This document shows positions 47,794 through 57,840 of a stretch of 64,000 nucleotides of DNA, in pieces. Position 1 is the first letter of the stretch, and every line of letters starts with the position of its first letter. The DNA comes from Dehalococcoidia bacterium (GTDB lineage Bacteria; Chloroflexota; Dehalococcoidia; UBA2979). The stretch is from positions 1,696,001-1,760,000 of the forward strand of contig OZ253555.1 of NCBI GenBank assembly GCA_965262725.1, in the 5' to 3' direction. The position numbers and the translations under genes were made by a program. The notes below the pieces were generated by a model. That model was not told where the DNA came from. It ran no database searches and worked only from the letters and a program-made list of their open reading frames with translations.

Positions 47794-48489
47794 TTACGCG
47801 CCCTCTCCCCCGACGTGCGCCCAGGGCGCGCGCGTGCCCCAGCGCTCCTCGGCCACGACCTCGGCGAGCGGGCGGCGGCGCACGGTGCCGAAAGGCGTCG
47901 CCGGATAGCCGAGGGGGATGCAGTAGACGACCTGTGCCTGAGGCGGGATGTCGAAGAGTGCGTGGACGCGCTCCTCCACGACCGGGTGGAGCGTCGTGAT
48001 CGTGCCGCCGATCCCGAGCCCGCGGGCGGCGAGTAGCAGGTTCTGCGCGGCCGGGATGACGCACGTCGCGGCGTCGAGGCCGCGCTCGGTGGCGCAGAGC
48101 AGGACCATCGCCGGGACCGTCGCGAAGTCCTCGGCCAGGCGGTGAGCGTGCGGCATGACGCGGTGGCCGGCCGGGAAGTCCTCGACCGATCGGATTCCGA
48201 CCTCGCCCCGCTTCGCCCACCACGCCTCCAGGTAGAGCCGGGCGAACGCCTCGATCTGCGCCCGCTCACGCACCGCGATGAATCGCCAGCCCTGCGAGTT
48301 TCCGCAGGACGGGGCGCGCGTCGCCGCCTCCAGGATCGCCCGCAGGTCGTCGTCGGGAAGGGGCTCGGGCCGGAAGCGGCGGATCGCTCGCAGCGTGTAG
48401 AGCGCCTCGCCGAGCGGCATCGGCATCCGCGCCGCGGCGGTCTCGTCGGCGGGCGTGCTGCTCATGGGGGCCCTTTCGTCGCGCATCAC
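47794..48489 (-). CDS. Nitroreductase family protein
   Basis: RAIRRF, APSCGNSQGWRF, AAQNLLLAARGLGIG and IPLGYP. Confidence 0.92.
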   Translation of the reverse strand: MMRDERAPMSSTPADETAAARMPMPLGEALYTLRAIRRFRPEPLPDDDLRAILEAATRAPSCGNSQGWRFIAVRERAQIEAFARLYLEAWWAKRGEVGIRSVEDFPAGHRVMPHAHRLAEDFATVPAMVLLCATERGLDAATCVIPAAQNLLLAARGLGIGGTITTLHPVVEERVHALFDIPPQAQVVYCIPLGYPATPFGTVRRRPLAEVVAEERWGTRAPWAHVGGEGA

Positions 48490-48645
48490 CTCTCGGAGTC
48501 AATCTTCATCGCACAGCGCCCGAGGCAGGCGCAACACCGGAGGACGCGCTGCTGGTGGTGGCGCCGGGCGGAGCCGCGGAGGGCCCGCGACACGGTTGCT
48601 AGAATGACCTGCCGCACGACGCGCGGCGGGGAGATGGGGATACAG

Positions 48646-48930
48646 ATGGCTCGAGCACGGTGGAACGGCGCGGTCATCGCCGAGAGCGACGAGTACGAGA
48701 TCGTCGAGGGGAATGTCTACTTCCCGCGCTCGGCGGTGATGACCGAGTACCTGATCGAGAGCGAGACGGAGAGCGTCTGCCCCTGGAAGGGGACGGCCCG
48801 CTACTACTCGATCGAGGTCGCCGGCGATCGAAACCAGGATGCCGCCTTCTGGTACCCCGACCCCAAGGAGGCGGCCAGCAACATCGCCGACCATGTCGCC
48901 TTCTGGAATGGCGTCGAGGTGGAGCGCTAA
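48646..48930 (+). CDS. DUF427 family protein
   Basis: WNGAVIAESD, EGNVYFP, CPWKGTARYY and WYPDP. Confidence 0.9.
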   Translation: MARARWNGAVIAESDEYEIVEGNVYFPRSAVMTEYLIESETESVCPWKGTARYYSIEVAGDRNQDAAFWYPDPKEAASNIADHVAFWNGVEVER

Positions 48931-49174
48931 CCCCGGATCGCTCTCGTCCCCGGCGCCGGGGCGTGCCCGCTAGCTCCCGGCGCCGCCGAGGGGCATCCCG
49001 CGTATCCGCTTGCCGTCGCCCGATTGCCGGGTGGCGTGAGGGGGTGGCCGTCCCGCCGGGAGCCGAGTCGGGCGGTGGCCACGGAGGGACGGCCGGCCGG
49101 ACGCGGCGGCGACTGGCGGCAGGTGCGGAGGGCCGGCCGCGGCCGGCCCTCCCGCTGCGAACAGCGATCGGTCG

Positions 49175-50098
49175 CTACTGCGCGAGCAGCCCCTTCATCT
49201 CCAGCCACTCACGCGCCACGTTATCGGACTCGCGCAGCTCGAGGTCGGTCTCGATGTTCCACGCCACGAGGTCGTCGGTGGTGATGAGCGCGCTGAGAGT
49301 GTTGAGGGCGTCGCGGAGATCGGAGCCCCACGCCTCCAGCACGGCGGTGCTGATGATGGGCGCGATGTTCTGGGCCGGGTGGAGTCCCTTGTCGTCCTCG
49401 AGCACGCGGAAGCCCTCGACCCCGATCTGGGGTGCGGTCGTGTTCCAGACGACGGCATCCACCTCGCCTGCCGCGAGCGCCTCTCCGAGGAGCGGGCCGA
49501 ACTCGATCGTGACCGTATCGGCGAACTCGATCCCGTAGACCTCCGGGGCCGTGTAGCCGAGGAAGCACTGGGGCCGCTCGAAGCACGCGGCCGAAGCCCC
49601 GAACACGTAGTCGAGGGCAGCGACGTCGGAGATCGTCTGCGCCTCCGAATCGCCCCGAACCACGAAGGCGTCGCCGTCGACCGCCGGGGAGTAGTCGAGC
49701 ACGGTCGCGCCTGCGGCCTCGTGGATCGGGCTGATGGTCGCGATGATCGCGTCGGGGTCGGCGGCGTCGACCTGGGCATCGGGTGCGAGCGCGGTCAGCT
49801 CGCCGCCGATGTAGTCGACGATCAGGTCGATATCACCGTTCCGGAGGCCCTCGATCGCCTCGGTGCGGAATCCGGCCGCCGTCAGGATCTCGACGTCGTA
49901 GCCCCGGGCAACTAGGTACTGCCCGTAGACCTCGGCGATCGTCACCGCCTCGCTGAAGGCCTGACCGCGAATGCGGATGGTCGGCCCGTCCGCGCCGTTG
50001 ATGGTCGGTCCGTCCGCGCCGTCGTCGTCGCCGCACGCAGCCGCCGGCAGAGCGGCCATCACGACCACGGCCAGGAACACGCCGATCTTCCTTCTCAT
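49175..50098 (-). CDS. Osmoprotectant (glycine betaine/choline) ABC transporter substrate-binding lipoprotein
   Basis: Lipobox AAAC, FSE, DYIG and LEDDK. Confidence 0.85.
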   Translation of the reverse strand: MRRKIGVFLAVVVMAALPAAACGDDDGADGPTINGADGPTIRIRGQAFSEAVTIAEVYGQYLVARGYDVEILTAAGFRTEAIEGLRNGDIDLIVDYIGGELTALAPDAQVDAADPDAIIATISPIHEAAGATVLDYSPAVDGDAFVVRGDSEAQTISDVAALDYVFGASAACFERPQCFLGYTAPEVYGIEFADTVTIEFGPLLGEALAAGEVDAVVWNTTAPQIGVEGFRVLEDDKGLHPAQNIAPIISTAVLEAWGSDLRDALNTLSALITTDDLVAWNIETDLELRESDNVAREWLEMKGLLAQ

Positions 50099-50841
50099 CC
50101 GGTACTCCCCCTACCATCCGCTGCCGCGCGCCTGAGCCGGCGTACTCCGTGCGGTACCACCACGCGCTCGACCAGACTGACGGCCACGCTCGTCGTGGCC
50201 GCGAGCACCGCAATCAAGAGCGCCCCGCCGATGATCAGCGTGTCGTTGTTCTGCCCGAGTCCGTCGCGAACATACCGCCCTAGTCCGTCACCGCCAAGGA
50301 AGGCGCGGATCGGCTCGGTCGCGACGACCTGCACGGCGGCCACCCGGATACCGGTGAAGACGACGCCCATGGCGAGCGCGAACTCAACCCGGAGCAGGAT
50401 GGACCGCTCCCCGAAGCCCATCGCGCGAGCCGCGTCGACGGTGCCCGGCTCGACGTGGCGGACCGCCGTGTAGGTGTTGAGGTAGAGCGGCGGCAGGGCG
50501 AGCACGAGCAGCGCGATGAAGATCGGCCACGGCTCGAACCCCCATCCCCGGCGCAGCGCCACGGGCACGAGCAGGGCGGCCACTGCGAAAGTCGGAACCG
50601 CGCGGCCCAGAGTCACGAGCCCGGTTGCCGTCAGCTCGCCCCGGCGGAAGTGCGCGAGGAGCGCGGCCGACGGGACGGCGAGAAGCATCGCTGCGCCCAT
50701 CACGGCGGCGCAGAGCGTGATCGTGTCCAGTCCCGAGCTCAGGATCCCGTCGGGACCCAGCCACGTGTCGACGTCGGTGAGCCACTCCATGAGCCCGATG
50801 CCGCGCGGGACCGCCGCCTGAGCGATGGGGAGGGGGTTCAT
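50095..50841 (-). CDS. Osmoprotectant ABC transporter permease
   Basis: RAVPT, NTY, DAARAMG (EAA loop) and GGDGLG. Confidence 0.88.
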   Translation of the reverse strand: MNPLPIAQAAVPRGIGLMEWLTDVDTWLGPDGILSSGLDTITLCAAVMGAAMLLAVPSAALLAHFRRGELTATGLVTLGRAVPTFAVAALLVPVALRRGWGFEPWPIFIALLVLALPPLYLNTYTAVRHVEPGTVDAARAMGFGERSILLRVEFALAMGVVFTGIRVAAVQVVATEPIRAFLGGDGLGRYVRDGLGQNNDTLIIGGALLIAVLAATTSVAVSLVERVVVPHGVRRLRRAAADGRGSTG

Positions 50842-51509
50842 GCGCGTCTCCGCCTCGTCCAGGGCGTCGCCGCCGCGCCGAGGTGGTAGATCGCGACGTC
50901 CAGCATCAGCGCGAGCAGGATCGAGAGGGAGGCGCCGATCGTCATCGGCGTCCAGAACGCGCGGCGCAGTCCATCGAGGATCAGGCGGCCGAGACCGCCC
51001 TGTCCGATGATGGCCGCGACGGTGACGAGTCCCACCGTGGAGACGGTCGCGATGCGGATCCCCGTGATGATGTAGGGGAGCGCGAGTGGCAGCTCCACGG
51101 TCAGCACGCGCCGCCTCCGGGTCATCCCCATGCCGGATGCCGCCTCCCTCACCTCGGCCGGGACCGAGCGAAAGCCGTCGTTGATCGCCGTGATCAGGAT
51201 CAGGAGCGTGTAGCCGGCGAGCGGAAGCACGGCCGTGGCGCGGCTCAGCCCCGTGTACGGGACCAGCAGGCCGAAGAGCGCCACGCTCGGGAGCGTGTAG
51301 AACGCCGCCGCGCCCGCCGTGATCGTCGGCGCTCCCCGCTCGTAGCGGAGCGCCACCGCGGCGAGGATCGCCGAGAGAAGAAGGCCGAGGCCGAGTGCGA
51401 GCAGGGTCAACTCCAGGTGCTGAAGGAGAGCTGCCTGGATCTGGTCCCATTCATCGATGAACCACGACCAGCGGACGATCGGGTTGTTCGCCTGTAGAGC
51501 GGGCATCAC
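50838..51509 (-). CDS. Osmoprotectant ABC transporter permease
   Basis: YTLPSVAL, EAASGMGM, VELPLALP and GQGGLG. Confidence 0.9.
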   Translation of the reverse strand: MMPALQANNPIVRWSWFIDEWDQIQAALLQHLELTLLALGLGLLLSAILAAVALRYERGAPTITAGAAAFYTLPSVALFGLLVPYTGLSRATAVLPLAGYTLLILITAINDGFRSVPAEVREAASGMGMTRRRRVLTVELPLALPYIITGIRIATVSTVGLVTVAAIIGQGGLGRLILDGLRRAFWTPMTIGASLSILLALMLDVAIYHLGAAATPWTRRRRA

Positions 51510-52618
51510 TCGCTGCGCCCGGCGAGCCCCGCCCGGATCTGCTCCAGGGTGACGATCCCTCCGAAGCGGCCGCCGTCGTCAATGACGCCGACCGAGGTCC
51601 GGGAGTTCATGATCACTTCCATCGCCTCGCGCAGCGTGCTCTCGGGCCGCACCTGCGCCGCCGGGAGCTCGTGTGGCAGCACGTCGAGCGGGGCCCCCCT
51701 ATCGACGTGTTCGCGGTGGACCCAGCCGAGGAAGCTGCCGTGCGACGTCAGCCCGAGCCACTCCGAGCGTGCATCGTCGAGCAGCGCTCGGGCCTCGGCG
51801 GGCGCGCTCCGGACATCCAGCACGGGGCCCTGTTCGAACGTCAGCTCGCCGACGCGCTTCAGGGCGAGACGCTTCATCTCGCGGTCTTCGCCGAGGAACT
51901 CCTCGACGAAGGCACTCGCCGGCGAGTGCAGGAGTTCGTCTGGCGGGGCGTATTGCTCCAGCGTCCCGCCGATGTTGAGCAGGGCTACGTGGTCGGCGAC
52001 CTTGACCGCCTCATCGATGTCGTGCGTGACGAGCACGATCGTCTTGCGGAGCCGCTCCTGGAGTGTGAGCAGCTCCTCCTGGAGCCGCGCGCGCACGATC
52101 GGATCCACGGCGCCGAACGGCTCGTCCATCAGCAGCACGGGGGGATCGGCGGCGAGCGCCCGCGCGACGCCGACTCGCTGCTGCTGGCCCCCGGAGAGCT
52201 CGTCCGGGTAGCGCCCGAGCTGCTCCGGCTCCAGCCTCACGAGGTCGGCGAGCTCCGCGACGCGCTCGTCTACGCGCGCGCGCTCCCAGCGCAGCATGCG
52301 CGGCACGATCGCGATGTTCTGGGAAACGGTCTGATGCGGGAACAGCCCGACCTCCTGGATCACGTAGCCGATGCCGCGGCGCAGCTCCGCCACAGGTCGC
52401 GCGCTCGCGTCCTCGCCGTCGATCTCGATCCGTCCGGAGGTCGGTTCGATCAGCCGGTTGATCATCCGGAGCGTCGTGGTCTTCCCGCAGCCGGACGGAC
52501 CGATCAGCGCCACGATCGATCCGCGTGGGATGTCAAGGCTGAGCTCGGTGACGGCGGGCTCGCCCGCGCCGTCGAAGCGCTTGGTGAGCTCAAGCAGCCG
52601 TATGGCATTCTCCGTCAT
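51506..52618 (-). CDS. Osmoprotectant ABC transporter ATP-binding protein with CBS domains
   Basis: GPSGCGKT, LSGGQQQ, LLMDEPF and VTHD. Confidence 0.93.
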   Translation of the reverse strand: MTENAIRLLELTKRFDGAGEPAVTELSLDIPRGSIVALIGPSGCGKTTTLRMINRLIEPTSGRIEIDGEDASARPVAELRRGIGYVIQEVGLFPHQTVSQNIAIVPRMLRWERARVDERVAELADLVRLEPEQLGRYPDELSGGQQQRVGVARALAADPPVLLMDEPFGAVDPIVRARLQEELLTLQERLRKTIVLVTHDIDEAVKVADHVALLNIGGTLEQYAPPDELLHSPASAFVEEFLGEDREMKRLALKRVGELTFEQGPVLDVRSAPAEARALLDDARSEWLGLTSHGSFLGWVHREHVDRGAPLDVLPHELPAAQVRPESTLREAMEVIMNSRTSVGVIDDGGRFGGIVTLEQIRAGLAGRSE

Positions 52619-52799
52619 GGCGCGAGGATACAGTCCGACCTGATCGCGCGCGGCCGAGTCTCGTTTCCGATCGGAGCGGGAGGACCGGCCTGCCGGGTCG
52701 GTCCGAGCGGTGCGGTACGCTCTGGGCGGATGGCCTGGTGCGCCGGGCGGCGCCGACGGCGCCCGGCCGTCTGGCGCGCTCGCGGAGGGGGGACTGCCC

Positions 52800-53183
52800 G
52801 TGAGTGAGGGCGACGGCATCGACATCCGTGCGCCGTACGACCCGGACAACATCTTCGCGCGCATTCTCCGTCGAGAGATCCCCAGCGATCGTGTGCACGA
52901 GGACGATGACTTCGTCGCCTTTCGGGATATCGCGCCGCAGGCGCCGACCCACATCGTCGTGATCCCGCGCGGAGAACCGCCGACGTCGCCCGCCGGGATC
53001 GACCCCTCGCACGACCAGCTCGCCGGTCGCATGCTGCGGGTGGCCGCGGCGATCGCGAGGTCCCAGGGCCTGGAGGAGGGCGGCTACCGACTCGTGCTGA
53101 ACTGCGGGCGCAATGCGGGCCAGACGGTGCCGCATCTGCATCTGCATATCCTCGGTGGCGCGTTGCTCGGACCGCTCGCGTAG
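52800..53183 (+). CDS. HIT family nucleotide-binding protein
   Basis: NIFARI, DIAPQAPTH and GQTVPHLHLHILGG. Confidence 0.93.
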   Translation: MSEGDGIDIRAPYDPDNIFARILRREIPSDRVHEDDDFVAFRDIAPQAPTHIVVIPRGEPPTSPAGIDPSHDQLAGRMLRVAAAIARSQGLEEGGYRLVLNCGRNAGQTVPHLHLHILGGALLGPLA

Positions 53184-53399
53184 CCGGAGTGGACGGCTGC
53201 CAGGCTGGTCATCTGGGCGCCGGTGACTGCCATCCCCGCCGGCCGTGCGGCCACCGCACCCGGGCTGCTAGGATCCCCGACGTACGCTAGGTCGAGCGTT
53301 GGCTGGTGCGCTGTCACACACGGGTGGCCAGCAGCGGTGCCAGCGGCGAAGTGGTGCGGGAGGCTCGAGGTCGTCCGCCTCGTGGGCTCCCAGAGCGCC

Positions 53400-53476
53400 G
53401 GGCCCGTAGCTCAGCGGCCTAGAGCAGTCGGCTCATAACCGATCGGTCCCAGGTTCGAATCCTGGCGGGCCCACCA
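53400..53476 (+). tRNA. tRNA with CAT anticodon, probably tRNA-Ile2
   Basis: GGGCCCGTAGCTCAG...CTCATAA...GGTTCGAATCC...CGGGCCCACCA; paired 1:72 and no GGG/CCC anticodon stem exclude fMet; GGGCC start is Ile2-like. Confidence 0.9.
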
Positions 53477-53525
53477 TTTCCAGCCTAGAAGTCCGTGTCC
53501 ATTTGTGGATGGGAAGGGATTTTCT

Positions 53526-53927
53526 GTGGAACCGCGCATCAGCATTATCACCCTGGGCGTTACCGACCTGCCCCGGTCGGTGGAGTTCTACCGGGACGGA
53601 CTCGGGCTACCGCTTCTGGACGACAACACCGAGTCGATCGCCTTCTTCCAGAACCGGGGCACCTGGTTGGCTCTGTACCCTCGGGCGTCTCTGGCCGCCG
53701 ACGCTGGTGTCGCCACGGAGGGCAGCGGCTTTTCCGGCGTCACCCTTGCCCACAATCTCAACACGCGGGAGGAGGTGGACGCCCTGCTGGACGTAGCCGT
53801 GGCCGCCGGCGCCACCTTGGTCAAGCCGGCCCAGGACACCTTCTGGGGCGGTTACTCGGGCTACTTTGCCGACCCCGAGGGCTACCTGTGGGAAATCGCC
53901 TGGAATCCCCACTTTACGATTGAGTGA
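53526..53927 (+). CDS. VOC/glyoxalase family protein
   Basis: ISIITLGV, FYRDGLG and FWGGYSGYFADPEGYLWEIA. Confidence 0.92.
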   Translation: MEPRISIITLGVTDLPRSVEFYRDGLGLPLLDDNTESIAFFQNRGTWLALYPRASLAADAGVATEGSGFSGVTLAHNLNTREEVDALLDVAVAAGATLVKPAQDTFWGGYSGYFADPEGYLWEIAWNPHFTIE

Positions 53928-54161
53928 CTGGCCCGTGTTCTGGCCGTGGCGCACATGGCCACGCGCGCGCCCCTTCGCCTCGGCTACGCCGTGCTGTCGG
54001 TGCGCGGAGACCGGTGACGCTGCCGGCACCCGGACACCACCGGCCTTCGATGTGGCGGCCCCTCCGCCCGGGCCCGCGCGCGACCCGACGCCGCGGCTCT
54101 CCCCCGGCTACGCTCTTTCCGCTGGGACGGAGCTCTGGCTCACCGGGCTCTCAGGGAGCGG

Positions 54162-55199
54162 TTACCACTGGCTGGATCGCTCCGAGTATTTGTGGTCCGG
54201 AACCTTGTAACTGATTCCGGCATCATCGTACGCCGAGATCGCAAGCAACTGGCTAAAGCTATCCGACTCTAATCGTCGATTTATCTTTGCCAACATACGC
54301 TGCCATCGTTGCAGCATCTTGAACTGGAAAAGAACTGCATGTGCCCTGGACTTCGGGAAGCGTAGCTGGTCCGCCATTTCATCGCCGATGAGCGCTCGCG
54401 ACAAGGGGAATATCTGCTTCTCCGCCATGGCGCTCCGTTGGGCCGGTTCCGTTACGCCCGCAACCAGGGGGGCGGAATTGATCAGCGCATTCGCCATGAT
54501 TATCGATTCGTCCGATACCGGTGGCTCGCACATGGAGGCGATCTTGTACAGGTGGAGAGCCTCTGCTTCGTCCGTGGACAGGATGGATTCCGGTATGCCC
54601 ATGAGCCAAGCGGTGTACCGCCAGATGGCCATGATGCTGTCGCGTTCCTCCTGTGTGAAGCGAACGCCCAGCGACTCGGCGTGCCTGATTGTCCGCGCCG
54701 AGAAGCAGGAGGCAGCGTAGCCCGTGTGAGCCGCACTGATAGGAAGGCCCCACGCCTCCGTGTCCCAGTCGTCGGCGGCACCTATCAGATTCCTCAGTTG
54801 AGCGTGAATGAACCGGATCCGGACGGAGAGTTTCCATCCGTCACCTCGCCGGTCCAGTCCCCCGGGGAAGAATACCTCCAGGAAGTGGCGGTTGTTCTGC
54901 TGGAGCCGCCTGATGCCGCGATCAAAGATTCGACCCGTCAGCACGAATGACTTCGCGATGTACGTGGTGAACCCGTCGACGAGCACCCCGGTCACGAATC
55001 CCGCAAGGATCATCCCGCTGTCCCTGTGGAAGGCGCGGATGCCTGGGATGAACGCCTCGCGATCGAGCCATGGCGGGTCCGCACGCGACGAGAGGAAGAA
55101 GTCACGCAACGCTTCCGGCGCCGAGCGCAGCGTGTCCTCGTCTTCGTCCATACCGGCTTGGAGGAACCGAGCAACCTGATCTCCGGGGACGGAGGACAT
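54162..55199 (-). CDS. MpaB/Lcp-like heme oxygenase family protein, probably 5'-truncated
   Basis: DPPWLD, TGRI, GWKLSVRIRFIHAQLR, WGLPIS and WRYTAWLMG. Confidence 0.75.
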   Translation of the reverse strand: MSSVPGDQVARFLQAGMDEDEDTLRSAPEALRDFFLSSRADPPWLDREAFIPGIRAFHRDSGMILAGFVTGVLVDGFTTYIAKSFVLTGRIFDRGIRRLQQNNRHFLEVFFPGGLDRRGDGWKLSVRIRFIHAQLRNLIGAADDWDTEAWGLPISAAHTGYAASCFSARTIRHAESLGVRFTQEERDSIMAIWRYTAWLMGIPESILSTDEAEALHLYKIASMCEPPVSDESIIMANALINSAPLVAGVTEPAQRSAMAEKQIFPLSRALIGDEMADQLRFPKSRAHAVLFQFKMLQRWQRMLAKINRRLESDSFSQLLAISAYDDAGISYKVPDHKYSERSSQW

Positions 55200-56808
55200 G
55201 AGCGACGACTCCTACCTGACGTGGATGGTCTTCGCCTCGCTCGTCGTCGTGGGTGTCTCCACGATCCTGCAGGTGCGCCGGCTCGGTTTCGTCGGCGCCG
55301 GCGCGGTCCTGCCGATGTTCACGGCCGCCTTCTCGATCCCCTTCTGCATCACCGCGGTCGAGGACGGAGGGCCGGCGACGCTGGGGGCCTTGGTCATCGT
55401 CTCGGCGGTCGTGCAGCTCGTCGTCTCCCGGCGGCTCTTCATTCTGCGGAGAGTCGTCACGCCGATCGTGGGCGGCACGGTGATCATGATCCTCTCGATC
55501 ACGCTCGCCTCGGTCGTCTTCGATCTGCTGGACGAGGCCACCCTGGCCGACCCGGAGGAAGCGTCGCTCACCGCCCTGGCAACAATGGTCGTCGCCGCCG
55601 CGCTCATGCTCCGGGGCTCGGCGGTTCTGCGCTTCTGGGGACCGCTGGCCGGTATCGTGGTCGGCTGTGCGCTCGCCGGAGCGCTCGGGATCTTCGACAC
55701 CGGGAGGCTCGCGGAGTCAGCCTGGATCGGGCTTCCGGGCGATCGTCCGGCTCTGGGACTCGACCTGGGGATCTCGTTCTGGACGCTGCTTCCGGCCTTC
55801 TTCTTCCTGGGCCTGATCATCGCCATCCAGGCGAACGGGGCGGCCATCGCGATGCAGCGCGTGGCATGGCGCGAGGACCGGGCCGTCGACTTTCGCCAGG
55901 TCCAGGGAGCGGTGTCGGGCGCGGGCGTGAGCAATCTGCTCGCCGGTCTCGCGGGGACGGTGCCCAACGCCATCAACCCCGGCATCGTCTCGTTCACGCA
56001 GATGACGGGAGTCGCGTCCCGCCGGCTCGGCTACTGCATCGGCACCATCCTCGTCGCCGTGGCGTTCTTCCCGAAGGTATCCGCGCTGCTCAGCAGCATT
56101 CCAGGGCCCGTCATGGGGGGCTATCTCATCATGGTGACCGGGGCCCTGTTCGTTGACGGCGCGCAGACGGTCATCCAGAACGAGCAGAACAGGGAGAAGA
56201 TCGCCGTCGCCGGGGTCTGCTTCTGGATCGGCGCGTCGTTCCAGTTCGAGCTCTTTGCCCTGCCGGATATCGGGCCGGTGTGGGGAGCTCTCCTCACGAG
56301 CGGCATCACGACCGGAGGGCTCGCCGCGATCGCGATGGTCCTGTACCTCGAGCTCACCAACCCGCGGCGGATGAGGTTCACGTCGAGGCTCCACATCGAT
56401 GCCCTGCCCGAGCTCAATGAGTTCATCACCAGGTTCGTCAGGCGCCGGGGCTGGGATACGGCGATGGAGGAGCGATTGCGCGCGGTTGCCGAGGAGACGC
56501 TCCTGGTCCTCGCCCCACTGGACCTGGGAGGCGGGGAGGAAGCGGAGATCCACGACGAGCGGCGACTGGTCGTGCTCGCAGCCAGCGAGGGCTCGGTCGC
56601 CGACCTCGAGTTCATCGGCGGAGGAGACGGGTCCAATCTCGAGGACCAGATCCGCCAGCTCCAGCAGCACGACACGGAGGCGCCGGCCGAGCAGGAGCTA
56701 TCGCTCGTGTTGCTGCGGAACTACGCGTCCTCGGTGAAGCATCAGCAGTACCACGATACGGACATCATCACCGTCCGCGTCGTCCCCCCCGGGGGAGGCG
56801 TAGGCTAG
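55198..56808 (+). CDS. NCS2 (xanthine/uracil) permease with a C-terminal cytoplasmic domain, probably 5'-truncated
   Basis: [32 protein letters not shown] and IPGPVMGG; the TM1 QH segment is absent. Confidence 0.75.
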   Translation: MSDDSYLTWMVFASLVVVGVSTILQVRRLGFVGAGAVLPMFTAAFSIPFCITAVEDGGPATLGALVIVSAVVQLVVSRRLFILRRVVTPIVGGTVIMILSITLASVVFDLLDEATLADPEEASLTALATMVVAAALMLRGSAVLRFWGPLAGIVVGCALAGALGIFDTGRLAESAWIGLPGDRPALGLDLGISFWTLLPAFFFLGLIIAIQANGAAIAMQRVAWREDRAVDFRQVQGAVSGAGVSNLLAGLAGTVPNAINPGIVSFTQMTGVASRRLGYCIGTILVAVAFFPKVSALLSSIPGPVMGGYLIMVTGALFVDGAQTVIQNEQNREKIAVAGVCFWIGASFQFELFALPDIGPVWGALLTSGITTGGLAAIAMVLYLELTNPRRMRFTSRLHIDALPELNEFITRFVRRRGWDTAMEERLRAVAEETLLVLAPLDLGGGEEAEIHDERRLVVLAASEGSVADLEFIGGGDGSNLEDQIRQLQQHDTEAPAEQELSLVLLRNYASSVKHQQYHDTDIITVRVVPPGGGVG

Positions 56809-56851
56809 GGGCCGGGCCCAGAGGGCTTCGCGCCACCGGGAGGTAGCGGGG

Positions 56852-57165
56852 TTGTCCGTCATTGACGAGGTTCTCGAGAACGACGCGCCCGACGCGGTGA
56901 GCTTCGAGAACGGTGACCTGCCCGGCGCTCCGGGGCTCGGGCTCGCTGTCGTGGCCTGCCTGGATGCGCGCCTCGACAGCCACAGGCTGCTCGGGATCGA
57001 AGAAGGAGACGCGCACGTCATCCGGAACGCGGGCGGCGTGATCACCGACGATGTGTCCGGCAATCCATCGCCCGCATACAGGTCAGCCCCTTCCTCCCTG
57101 GCAGGCATGACGTGCGCGGCTTCGTCGACGGATGCGCGACGGGGCTGCTGAGGGAGTTCCCGGTC
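56852..57165 (+). pseudogene. Beta-class carbonic anhydrase with internal deletion
   Basis: VACLDARL and HVIRNAGG followed, after a frame change, by [15 protein letters not shown]...VRGFV...TGLLRE; the HxxC region is missing. Confidence 0.8.
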
Positions 57166-57213
57166 GTCTCATCCGGGGCGGCGGGGCCGGGCGCGGGAGA
57201 CCGGGAGGCGCGG

Positions 57214-57840
57214 GTGAGCGAACGCGGGCGTCTGCGGGCCTCCCTCGCCTCCTATCGGCCGCGCCTCTCCGGGTGGGAGGTGCCCGGCGCCGGGCGCGGC
57301 GCGACCGTGCTCGGAGACGGCCGCTTTCGTCCGGCGGCGGTGCTGCTCTTGCTCGACGCGCGGGCGGGCGAGGAGCGCGTGATCTTCCAGCAGCGCACCG
57401 CCGAGGTTGAGGATCACAAGGGGCAGGTCAGCCTGCCCGGCGGGCGGCGCGACGAGGAGGACGACTCGCTGCTTCGGACGGCGCTGCGTGAGACGCACGA
57501 GGAGATCGGCGTGCCGCCCGACGCCGTCGACGTGCTCGGCCGGCTCGACGACATCACGACCGGCACCGGCTACGCCGTCTCCCCCTTCGTCGGCGCTCTC
57601 GACACGCGCTGGCCCGGCCCCTTCCGTCCGCAGCCGGCCGAGGTCGAGCGGCTGATCGAGGTGCCGCTCGCATACCTCAGGGATCCCCGCTCGCGCGTGC
57701 GCGCCTCGGTCCTCGTCCGCGCCCGACCTCGCTCGGAGGAGGCATTCCTCTTCGACGGCACGCTGATCTGGGGAGCGACAGGTCGGATCCTCCACAACTT
57801 CTTGGCTGTGATCGCCGCGGAAGGCGGTCGTGGGCCGTGA
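57214..57840 (+). CDS. Nudix CoA pyrophosphatase (NudL-like)
   Basis: AAVLL, HKGQVSLPGGR, ALRETHEEIG and IWGATG. Confidence 0.9.
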   Translation: MSERGRLRASLASYRPRLSGWEVPGAGRGATVLGDGRFRPAAVLLLLDARAGEERVIFQQRTAEVEDHKGQVSLPGGRRDEEDDSLLRTALRETHEEIGVPPDAVDVLGRLDDITTGTGYAVSPFVGALDTRWPGPFRPQPAEVERLIEVPLAYLRDPRSRVRASVLVRARPRSEEAFLFDGTLIWGATGRILHNFLAVIAAEGGRGP

